Source: a virus
Taxonomy: Duplodnaviria; Caudoviricetes
Reading direction: 5' to 3' (one strand)
IMG/VR virus record: IMGVR_UViG_3300009149_000037
Location: 1 to 58,560 of that record
DNA: 58,560 nucleotides
In this document: positions 38,587-47,135 of the stretch, in pieces
How the letters are laid out: each line of letters starts with the position of its first letter
How positions within the stretch are numbered: the first letter of the stretch is position 1
The notes under the pieces: model-generated
Told to the model about the DNA's origin: nothing
What the model saw: the letters and a program-made list of their open reading frames with translations, nothing else
The model's database searches: none
Translations under genes and position numbers: made by a program

Positions 38587-38960
38587 TTAATTCCTACGAC
38601 ATAGATGGTGTTATCTACATGGGTCCTGAATACCTCGGAGTGAGTCCAGAGGAAGAAGACGTAATAATTACGGGGAGGTCATTTGAAGAGGCATCTGAGA
38701 CGTCTCAGATGCTTTGTGAGAGAGGCATCAACAACAAGGTACACTATAACCCAAAGCTCTTTAGCAATAAGACTAGAGAATCCTCAGGATTTCACAAAGT
38801 GACAATTTTGAAAAAGTTAATCTCTGAAGGTATGCCTATTGGGATACATTTTGAAGATGATCCAATCCAAGCTGAGATAATACAAAAAAATGTTTCAGGA
38901 CTCCAAGTTGTGTTGTTAGTACATAACCTTGTAGAAAAAGAGAATGTTCGTCATTTATAG
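38583..38960 (+). CDS. Capless HAD-superfamily phosphatase
   Basis: Motif I 'YDIDGV', II 'ITGR', III K, IV 'HFEDD'; ATGA-type overlap with ino1. Confidence 0.85.
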   Translation: MINSYDIDGVIYMGPEYLGVSPEEEDVIITGRSFEEASETSQMLCERGINNKVHYNPKLFSNKTRESSGFHKVTILKKLISEGMPIGIHFEDDPIQAEIIQKNVSGLQVVLLVHNLVEKENVRHL

Positions 38961-38965
38961 ATGTG

Positions 38966-39005
38966 AAAAAAGCCTCTCAGATATCTAACTGAGAGGCTTT
39001 TGTTT
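38966..39005. terminator. Bidirectional rho-independent terminator
   Basis: AAAAGCCTCTCAG / CTGAGAGGCTTTT between convergent genes. Confidence 0.85.
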
Positions 39006-39022
39006 GTGGTACGGGAAATTGT

Positions 39023-39430
39023 TCAGTCAAACTTCACAGCAAGACCTTTCTTTGTTAGATAATAACATGTTCCTCTTACTTCTTCAGAAACAATTGATGA
39101 AACAAACCCTTGAACCACAAGATCATATTTCAGATTCAATTGGTTACGTACCAGAGCAAAATCTACTTTACCCTTTTCTGCAATGACAGCAACTGTCGCA
39201 GCAGTCTTGGAAGAAATTGCTCCGGCATTTTTCATTGCTTCGAACAACGCTTTCTTCTTTGGTGACCACTTGATTTTTTTGTTCAATTGGTCAGAAATTT
39301 CTTTTGGTCCCTTAGATTTTTTGACTACAGATTTTGGAGAAGCCTTTTTCGTCGTCTTCTTTTTCTTTGTTGTTTCAATTGCAGTGGTTTTCTTCGTCGT
39401 CTTCTTTTTCTTTGGGGTTGCAGTCGTCAT
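39023..39430 (-). CDS. Lys/Thr-rich (histone H1-like tail) winged-helix DNA-binding protein
   Basis: N-terminal 'PKKKKTTKKTT..KKKKTTKKASPK'; C-terminal wHTH-like '..YYLTKKG'. Confidence 0.65.
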   Translation of the reverse strand: MTTATPKKKKTTKKTTAIETTKKKKTTKKASPKSVVKKSKGPKEISDQLNKKIKWSPKKKALFEAMKNAGAISSKTAATVAVIAEKGKVDFALVRNQLNLKYDLVVQGFVSSIVSEEVRGTCYYLTKKGLAVKFD

Positions 39431-39459
39431 TTCAAGTCTCCAGTCTAAGAACAATGGAA

Positions 39460-39527
39460 GGCTGCCATCTTCAGGCCAGAGGAACCAAACCTCTGACGAC
39501 TCTCTCCCGCCATGAGAGAGTTTCGGC
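39460..39527 (-). ncRNA. Type II hammerhead ribozyme
   Basis: Minus strand: GCC-GAAA-CTCTCTC(ATGGCGG)GAGAGAG-TC^-GTCAGAGG(TTTGGTT)CCTCTGGC-CTGAAGA-T-GGC-AGCC; complete core plus L1/3'-tail pseudoknot. Confidence 0.9.
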
Positions 39528-39528
39528 T

Positions 39529-39702
39529 TTACTTAACACACTCTACAAGACCAAAAAACCTTTGAACTGTTTCATCAGCAAATTCACAATACGTGTAGGT
39601 CCTAGTCTTGACAACCGATTCAACGCGAGACATTCTGTTCTCGTTGAACACTACGGTATCGCCCACTTGAAGTTCTGAGTAAGTTCGCTTGATTGTTTCC
39701 AT
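39529..39702 (-). CDS. Small SH3-like hypothetical protein
   Basis: CTGGAG RBS; 'ELQVGDTVVF..RVESV'. Confidence 0.6.
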   Translation of the reverse strand: METIKRTYSELQVGDTVVFNENRMSRVESVVKTRTYTYCEFADETVQRFFGLVECVK

Positions 39703-39761
39703 TTTAGTGCTCCAGTTTTCGTTTCGGGTTTCGGTTATAATTCGTCTCTCCAACAAAAGCA

Positions 39762-39790
39762 GTTATCGTCACTCTTGGACGAAAAGTAAA
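39762..39790 (-). promoter_or_regulatory. Early promoter TTTACT-N17-GATAAC, third copy
   Basis: GTTATC 39762-39767 and AGTAAA 39785-39790, 17-nt spacer. Confidence 0.75.
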
Positions 39791-39849
39791 GTTCAAATGA
39801 TAAAAATCTTCAAAGAAAATCTAAAGTTTTCAAAACTACAGGAAATCCA

Positions 39850-41001
39850 ATGCATTTAAAGACAAAAAACGTCAACACCGCGTTCGCTGATCTGGTCAAA
39901 TCCTTCTGCGATTCCGAAGAGGTTGAAGAGACGGAGACCAGAAATGGCAAAGTCAAAGTCTTCTCAGAGCCTGTCACGATTACGTTTGAGAATCCTACAG
40001 AACGGGTTCTCTTCAATCGAGCAAGAGACGCCAATCCATTCTTCCACGTCTTTGAATCTCTATGGATGCTCGCTGGCAGAAATGATTTGAAACCTCTACT
40101 GAAATACGTTTCGACCTTTGGAGATTTCAGCGATGACGGCGAGACTCTCAATGGAGCCTATGGTTATCGTTGGAGACAAGCTAATGCTTCGGAAAATCAT
40201 CCTGAAGGAAGTTGGCAGGGAGACCAATTGAATATACTTGTAAGCCATCTTAAGAAGAATCCAACAAGTCGCAGAGCAGTTCTGCAAATGTGGAATGTAG
40301 AAGACGATCTGTTGAATGTTGATTCTTCAAAAGACGTTTGTTGTAATCTCTCTGCTTGCTTTTCAATTAGAGTTACAGGAGAAGTTTGCTCCAGATGCGG
40401 TAAAGAAACAGACCCAGAGCTTGGAATACCAAATCACACAAGTACTTGTAATCTTTCAAAAGGAAAACCTGTAAAGACTCCAATCAAATACTTAGACATG
40501 ACTGTTTTCAACCGCAGTAATGATATGGTCTGGGGAACTTGCGGAGCCAACGCTGTTCACTTTTCTTTTCTCCAGGAGTATATGGCCAAGCGTCTTGGAG
40601 TTAGAGTTGGTAAGTATCATCAAGTTTCTAACAACCTTCACGTCTATACTGAAACAAATTCTGGTTGGACTCCAGATAAGTGGTTAGATTATGCTGACGA
40701 ATACTCTTATGAGCAAGACGTTAAAATACAAGTTCCTCTGGTAGATGACCCTGAGACCTTTGATAGAGAAGTTCAGAAGTTCATTGACTACGGCGACTCA
40801 AGTAGAAGTTGGAAAGAACCTTTCCTTCATAAAGTAGCTGCTCCTATGGTCTGGGCCTTTGAACATCATAAAAGACGATCTTACAGTGACGCTTTAACAG
40901 CTTGTATCGTTATCAAAGATGACGCTTGGAGACTCGCTGCAACCAATTGGATTTTGAAACGACAAGAAAATTGGAAAAAGAAAAATGAAAGTAACAGTTG
41001 A
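39850..41001 (+). CDS. Thymidylate synthase homolog, probable dUMP hydroxymethylase
   Basis: 'SRRAVLQMW', catalytic 'CCN', 'RSND', 'GANAVHF' (Asn, dUMP-specific position), 'NNLHVY'; context of 5-hmdU kinase genes. Confidence 0.85.
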   Translation: MHLKTKNVNTAFADLVKSFCDSEEVEETETRNGKVKVFSEPVTITFENPTERVLFNRARDANPFFHVFESLWMLAGRNDLKPLLKYVSTFGDFSDDGETLNGAYGYRWRQANASENHPEGSWQGDQLNILVSHLKKNPTSRRAVLQMWNVEDDLLNVDSSKDVCCNLSACFSIRVTGEVCSRCGKETDPELGIPNHTSTCNLSKGKPVKTPIKYLDMTVFNRSNDMVWGTCGANAVHFSFLQEYMAKRLGVRVGKYHQVSNNLHVYTETNSGWTPDKWLDYADEYSYEQDVKIQVPLVDDPETFDREVQKFIDYGDSSRSWKEPFLHKVAAPMVWAFEHHKRRSYSDALTACIVIKDDAWRLAATNWILKRQENWKKKNESNS

Positions 41002-41323
41002 TGATTTGAAACCGGAAGATGTTCGAACTCAACATTCTAAATGTCGAGGGTGTGATGCTAAAATAGGAACACCTCATTTTGACAATTGTGATTTATCTCC
41101 AATTCCAGAAATCAATTCAAAACAAATTGGAGGGAATCACTACAAAGGAGAAGGAGAACAACACTGGGATATGATGTGGCGTCTCTATGGAGAATCCTGG
41201 TTTGTAGGCAACATCACGAAGTATGTATTGAGATACAAAAAGAAGAATGGATTGCAAGATTTAGAAAAAGCAAAACACTATCTTGACAAACTCATTGAAC
41301 TGGAGACTTCAAATGAATCTTAA
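40985..41323 (+). CDS. DUF3310 (T7 gp1.7-related nucleotide kinase-like) protein
   Basis: 'QIGGNHY', 'GNITKYVLRYKKKNGLQDLEKAKHYL'. Confidence 0.85.
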   Translation: MKVTVDDLKPEDVRTQHSKCRGCDAKIGTPHFDNCDLSPIPEINSKQIGGNHYKGEGEQHWDMMWRLYGESWFVGNITKYVLRYKKKNGLQDLEKAKHYLDKLIELETSNES

Positions 41324-42233
41324 CGACTACGCTGAGAAGGCAATGGAGACTGAAGCAGACCAAGAAGTGATTGCAAACAGACTTGGACGATTGACTGAAA
41401 GCAATTACAAAGTGTTTGTTAGACTCAATAATGGTATCACTGGTCTATCTGATGAGATTGGAGAACTTAATTCTGCTTTGAAGAAATGGATTGAGTATGG
41501 TCAACCTCTTGATCGAGAAAACGTCAAAGAGGAAGTTGGAGATTGTCTTTGGCGTCTCGCTCAAATTTGTAAAGCTTGCGACTTTACTCTGGACAAAGCA
41601 GCAGAAGCCAACATCGAAAAACTCCAAAGGCACCGATACAAAGAAGGTTACTCTGATGAAGCGGCCAGAGAAGAAAACAGAGACCGTATCTCTGAGGCTT
41701 CTGTAATGCGTTCCACAGATGAATTGACTCAAGAAGTAATTGATCAAGTGAACGAAAAGAAATGCAAAGGAAAACTCTGTAGTCCTGTAGCAAACTCTCA
41801 AATGATGCAAACTGGTCAAGGTTTCGCTGAACCTCCAGAAGCTTACGACGATTATCAAACAGACCCTCTACCCAATGAATCAATTCAAATTCAACCATCT
41901 CAAACTTATCAAGAAGCTTATGATAATAATGGGCCAGAAGAAGAAGATGGTCCTTGGGCAGAAGGGTGGGAAAAAAGAAGCGGAATTGAAGAATCTTACG
42001 ACGATTATCAAACAGACCCTCTACTCAACAAAGCAGAATCCCATCGTTACCATATTCCAAAGTTTCCAGAAAGTTTTAATGAAACTCTGCCTGGGCGTTT
42101 AATCAAATCAAAACTAGATCAAGTCATTTCAGTCTGGGAAGATGCTGCGATAGCAATTGCAGGAATGGTAGAAGGTCAAGATCATAAAATGGCTTTGAAA
42201 ATGATTGAGAGAGCAAAGGAGCAAACTCAATGA
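41313..42233 (+). CDS. MazG-like dNTP pyrophosphohydrolase with acidic C-terminal extension
   Basis: 'GLSDEIGEL..EEVGDCLWRLA..ANIEKL..RY'. Confidence 0.85.
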   Translation: MNLNDYAEKAMETEADQEVIANRLGRLTESNYKVFVRLNNGITGLSDEIGELNSALKKWIEYGQPLDRENVKEEVGDCLWRLAQICKACDFTLDKAAEANIEKLQRHRYKEGYSDEAAREENRDRISEASVMRSTDELTQEVIDQVNEKKCKGKLCSPVANSQMMQTGQGFAEPPEAYDDYQTDPLPNESIQIQPSQTYQEAYDNNGPEEEDGPWAEGWEKRSGIEESYDDYQTDPLLNKAESHRYHIPKFPESFNETLPGRLIKSKLDQVISVWEDAAIAIAGMVEGQDHKMALKMIERAKEQTQ

Positions 42234-43057
42234 GTGATCTTCCCGAAGCTTTGAAGCCATATCGTTTTCATGGACTGGACTTTGATTGGAACGGTAATCT
42301 TGAAGAGCAAGTTCAAGCCGAATGCCCGTTCTGTGCAAAAGAGAAATTCTTCATCAATCCAAAGAATGGGCTATGGAAGTGTTTTACCTGTGATGCTGGA
42401 AGCGAAAAAGGTGGTGGCAACTCAACTGAGTTTATGAGGAGTCTTTGGAACTTAGCGTCTGATGCGACTTCCAATTATGCGTCTTTGGCTAAAGAGAGAA
42501 TGGTTGAAGAAACAACTCTCATTCGGTGGGAAGTCGTCAAAAATCCTCTGAATGATCGTTGGATGGTTCCTGGATATTCAATCAAGAAAACTCTTACCAA
42601 CCTTTACAAGTATACAATGATCAATGGTAAGAGACGACTGTTATCAAGTCCGACCAAAGATCATTCACATTGTTTATTTGGAATGAATCTTTACAAGCAT
42701 GATGAGAACATCATCTATCTCTGCGAAGGTCCATGGGATGCTATGGCTCTTTGGGAGTTGAAACCCGGTGGAACTGTTCTTGGAACTCCTGGAGCTAATA
42801 CCTTCAAAGAAACTTGGGCCAGTTTATTCTCCGGGAAAATCGTTAACATACTCTTCGACAACGATCATCCCAAGACGAATAGAAAGACTGGTAAGGTAAT
42901 TGAAGGAGCGGGAATCGCTGGAGTGAAAAGAACAACAGCAATCTTAACTTCTAGTCCAAAACCACCTTTGGAAATCAATTACATTAAGTGGGGTGAAGAA
43001 GGATTTGATTCAGACTTACCCTCAGGCACAGACGTTAGAGATTTCATTAATACTTAA
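42230..43057 (+). CDS. DNA primase (Zn finger + TOPRIM)
   Basis: 'CPFC..CFTC', 'LCEGPWDAMAL', 'LFDND', 'DVRD'. Confidence 0.88.
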   Translation: MSDLPEALKPYRFHGLDFDWNGNLEEQVQAECPFCAKEKFFINPKNGLWKCFTCDAGSEKGGGNSTEFMRSLWNLASDATSNYASLAKERMVEETTLIRWEVVKNPLNDRWMVPGYSIKKTLTNLYKYTMINGKRRLLSSPTKDHSHCLFGMNLYKHDENIIYLCEGPWDAMALWELKPGGTVLGTPGANTFKETWASLFSGKIVNILFDNDHPKTNRKTGKVIEGAGIAGVKRTTAILTSSPKPPLEINYIKWGEEGFDSDLPSGTDVRDFINT

Positions 43058-43071
43058 CCAAAGGAAAGACA

Positions 43072-43670
43072 ATGGGTACTCCAAAACATCCAATACAACC
43101 ACTTGTGCAAGATGAATATGGAACTCAGAGATTTCAAGATAATAAAATCGTGAGATATTTGTTGGACAACGGACCATTTGACCTGAATGATTTAGCAGGG
43201 TTACCTTTTTGCCGTGAAGACCGAGAACAATTTGCCCAATTGATAGGCTATAGTCTTTCAGGTTTTGGGGAATTAAGTTATGTCAGTCGCGACACATATG
43301 ATATTGCAGAAAAAATGTTAACAATTACTGATGAAAAGGTAGCAGAATTAACCGTATTGAGGGAAAAGCTAAACGAGATAAGAAACCTCATTAGGCAATT
43401 AACAACAACGGCGTTTCAAATTCATCCAGACGATTTAAGAGACTAACAAAATTCTTTTCTTCAAGGATTTCATCAATGCAACGTAAACCATTAGCCCTGC
43501 CTCAAGGCGGTTGTTGGTATTGTGGAGAAGATCAAACAGATACTTTCAGTGGAGAGTTTGATACAAATCTGCATCTTGAATGTTTAGAAAAACACCTCAA
43601 AGAATATCCAGATGACCCTGAAGCAAAGATCATGTATCGAGAACTTGAGCACCTTTTTCTTCAGGGATAA
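43072..43670 (+). CDS. Two hypothetical proteins (43072-43446, 43476-43670)
   Basis: ORFs with RBS, located between primase and ATPase. Confidence 0.6.
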
Positions 43671-43672
43671 TA

Positions 43673-44986
43673 ATGCAGGCGAAAAAAGAGAGACTGGAAT
43701 TGCTGCTGAGGATGTTAACGCCTGTTCCTGAAGAATGGGTAAAAAAAGCAGGGACAAAAAGTAGTGGGGGAGAAGTCAGATGCGAACCTTGTGACACTTA
43801 CAAGAAGCTGATCAACTCTTGGAGAAAAGCTCTTAAGTGGACTCCCGGATTGGACAATGCTCTTTCCGTGATGTTGTCTTCGATTACTTCAACGATGAGC
43901 GTTGGAGATCAATTGTGGATTAAAATAATTGGGCCAGCTAGTTGCGGAAAATCGACGCTTTGTGAAGCTGTTTCAGTCAATACAAAATACGTTCTGGCAA
44001 AATCTACTATTCGCGGTTTTCATTCGGGGTTCGGCGATGGACAAGAGGATCATTCACTCATCAGCAAAGTATCAGGGAAAACTCTTGTCACCAAAGATGG
44101 GGACACACTACTTCAATCTCCCAATTTGGGACAAATACTTTCTGAAGCAAGGGATGTCTATGACACTGTTTCCCGTACCTCTTACCGAAACAAAAGCAGC
44201 AGAGACTACCAAGGAATCCGAATGACGTGGCTATTGTGTGGTACTTCCTCTTTGAGAAGTATTGACAGCAGCGAATTGGGAGAACGATTCCTTGATTGCG
44301 TTATCATGGAAGGAATCGACGAAGATTTGGAAGACGAAATTCTTTGGCGAGTCGTCAACAAGTCAATCAAGAATATGGGCATCGAAGCAGATGGAACTCC
44401 AGAGTCTCAGCAGTCGCCTGAAATGACAGAGGCAATGAGTTTGACGGGTGGATACATTGACTTTCTGAGGAACCAGACTCAAAGAAAATTAGAGGCGATT
44501 ATTGTTCCTGATTGGGCGTTGCATAAGTGCATGAAGCTTGGAAAGTTTGTTTCGTTGTTGAGAGCAAGACCTTCACGGATGCAGGAAGAGACGGCTGAGA
44601 GGGAATTTGCTGCAAGACTTGTTAGTCAATTGACTCGATTGATGATGTGCTTATCTCTGGTGTTGAATCGAAAGACAATTGATAAGGAAGTCCTGAAGAG
44701 AACCGTTAAGGTGGCAATGGATACAAGCAGGGGTAATACGCTTCTGCTGGTGAAAGAGCTTTACGAGAGGGGCCAGTTATCTATACCCTTGCTTGCAACG
44801 TATACTGGTTTGACTGATACAGAAGTGAGGAAGTTGCTGAAGTTCTTAAGGAAGATTAATGTAGTTGCTTTCACAGCGGTTAAGTTGAATGGAGTTGTCA
44901 ATCGGTCTAAGAAGCCTCAATGGCAACTCACTTCAATGATGCGAAAGCTTTACGAATCCGTTTGCCATTTGGAGAAAGACTTGTGA
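43673..44986 (+). CDS. AAA+ ATPase, probable replicative helicase, C-terminal wHTH
   Basis: Walker A 'GPASCGKST', Walker B-like 'LVTKD', Arg-finger-like 'LGERFL'. Confidence 0.7.
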   Translation: MQAKKERLELLLRMLTPVPEEWVKKAGTKSSGGEVRCEPCDTYKKLINSWRKALKWTPGLDNALSVMLSSITSTMSVGDQLWIKIIGPASCGKSTLCEAVSVNTKYVLAKSTIRGFHSGFGDGQEDHSLISKVSGKTLVTKDGDTLLQSPNLGQILSEARDVYDTVSRTSYRNKSSRDYQGIRMTWLLCGTSSLRSIDSSELGERFLDCVIMEGIDEDLEDEILWRVVNKSIKNMGIEADGTPESQQSPEMTEAMSLTGGYIDFLRNQTQRKLEAIIVPDWALHKCMKLGKFVSLLRARPSRMQEETAEREFAARLVSQLTRLMMCLSLVLNRKTIDKEVLKRTVKVAMDTSRGNTLLLVKELYERGQLSIPLLATYTGLTDTEVRKLLKFLRKINVVAFTAVKLNGVVNRSKKPQWQLTSMMRKLYESVCHLEKDL

Positions 44987-46478
44987 GTAAAAGGGGAACT
45001 GAGCATTTAGAGACGGAGATCAATATTTTGATTGACAGATTTCGTAAAGAGTATGAAATGACTTATGCAGAAGTCGTTGGAACTTTGTTGATAGTTGCTA
45101 ACTCTTTGTGTACCGAAACTCAAGAAAACAATGAACCAGAAAGTGAGTAGATTATGTCAGTTCCAAACATTCAGATTCTGAGCACGACAGTAAACATTTT
45201 GAGAGAAAGGAATCTGGGAGTTCATGCTCAAGCAGTCGAAGATTGCATTCAATACATTGAGTTGAAAGAAGCAGGAATTCCAATTGAGACACCAACAACA
45301 GAGATTGTCTTGACGGCGGTGGAAATCAATAAAGTTGAAGAGGGAGAAACTGATGGTAACTCAGACGAAGATTGAAAATGCAGAACAACTTTTGAATCAG
45401 ATTGAGGCAGCTCTGGAATTCAGTGGAGAAAGTAAATGGGAATCGAGAGTGGCTCATTTGTTTCGACAAGAGTTCATGCCAAGATTGAGGATTAATCGGT
45501 TCTTCACTTATTTGAGGCAATTGGAAAAAGAAGGCAAACTTGAAATGTTTGTGGATAACTATTTTGATGAGAGTTCTCGACAGGGAGTGAAGTTGACTTT
45601 CTTTAGATTGATTCCTGAAAAAGAAAAGGCAACTCAATGAAAGAATTCATAGTTGATCGAAGGGAGAAAAATACACTAGAACAAGTCAGAGTTCCGATTG
45701 AAACTCCAATGGTTGCTAGAGAAGAAAATCAAGTTCCAGTAATCAAAGATGGTTCTACAATTCAACTAAGTGTAAGGGGGAAAGTGTTTCAGCAAAGCAC
45801 CACTGCAAAAGACTACAACCTTTGGATGGACATGGAAACTGGAGAGTGGGTAACTATTTTTTGGGAAGGAGCATTAAAGCAATGATCAACGCACTAACTC
45901 AACTTGAGGAATGGGTTCATGAGAATAGATATCATTCCGTTCAAATTTTTAGGGCAGACATTCTTGAAAGACTTGCTACATGGAATGTTGAATTGTGGAT
46001 AGGAGATAATCTGTTTGTGAATGTTGTTGAAAATGAACTGCCTTTAGTGGATGGAGATAATTTAGCAGGATTGGAAGCAACTATTCTTGAGGCACTTGAG
46101 AAGGTTAAAAAGAAAGTTGGTGCTCCAACAACAAAGCCGGCTTCAGCAGAGAAAATTGTCTAAAAAGAAGTGAGGAAAACAATGAACGTATTTGAGAAAC
46201 TAGAGGAAGCAAAAAAAGTATCAATCGTTGCCGCGAATGCAGTGATTGCGGCGACAGCGAAAGTGGAATCTGTTAAGGATAACCTTCGTAGAGTTTTGAC
46301 GGTTGGTGCAAATAAGCCGATTGCCGTAGGAATTCTGCCAAATGGTAAAGTGGCAGTTGTTGTAAAGACAGACGATTCAAAAGCGAACCAACTGAAGATT
46401 CTGGAAGCTGTTCAATTGAATGACAATGGAAACATCGTGACGGAGAAAAATACGTTTGAGGTGAAGGAAATCATCTAA
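44983..46478 (+). CDS. Six small hypothetical genes
   Basis: Consecutive coupled ORFs. The last (46182-46478) is flanked by the 16-bp direct repeat TCTAAAAAGAAGTGAG. Confidence 0.5.
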
Positions 46479-46544
46479 AAAGAAGTGAGTTGTATATAAG
46501 AGTGTAGGTGGAGTTAATTAAGAAATTTTGAATGTGGAAAATTG

Positions 46545-47135
46545 ATGACAAAAAGAACAAGAGGAGTCAAACAAAGAGCAAAAATGGTTCATAAAAATGC
46601 GATGACAAAGCATTTGACGGAGAACCAAAAAAGGTTTTGTGAAGAGTTAGTAGCCTCAACTTCATTCAGTCCAAAAGAAGCGGCAGAGAAAGCAGGATAC
46701 AAACAAGGAGCAGTCGCGGGAGCGAAGATACTCAAGAATCCTTATGCCAATGCTTACATCTCAGACCTCATCCGTATTAGATCAGAAAAGACTGAACTCA
46801 AAGCAGAGACCGTATTAAAGGAACTAATGCACTGCTGCTTGAGAGACCCAATTGGCCTGGTAGATGAAGAAGGTTACTTCCATACTAATCTTCATGACAT
46901 ACCTGAAGAATTGAGACGAGCAATTGATGGTATCAAGGTCAAGCAGACCAGGGATGAAGAAGGAAACATGACACAAACTCTTGAGATAAAATTTGTTTCA
47001 AAAGCAAGTATGATAGAGCTTGCTATGAAGCATTTAGGCTTACTCGATGCCGATGGAAACGGTGAAGAACAATTGAAACGATTGGATTGGGATAAACTCT
47101 TAGAAGGAGAACCAAACAATGTCATTGAAATCTAA
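46545..47135 (+). CDS. terS: Terminase small subunit
   Basis: 'LTENQKRFCEE..AAEKAGY..KILKNP..I'; 'ELAMKHLGL'. Confidence 0.85.
   Translation: MTKRTRGVKQRAKMVHKNAMTKHLTENQKRFCEELVASTSFSPKEAAEKAGYKQGAVAGAKILKNPYANAYISDLIRIRSEKTELKAETVLKELMHCCLRDPIGLVDEEGYFHTNLHDIPEELRRAIDGIKVKQTRDEEGNMTQTLEIKFVSKASMIELAMKHLGLLDADGNGEEQLKRLDWDKLLEGEPNNVIEI

Noticed and set aside
39850-41001. Ordinary thyA auxiliary metabolic gene
   Set aside because: Divergent sequence and linkage to 5-hmdU DNA kinase/ADDT favour a dUMP hydroxymethylase, though this is unproven.
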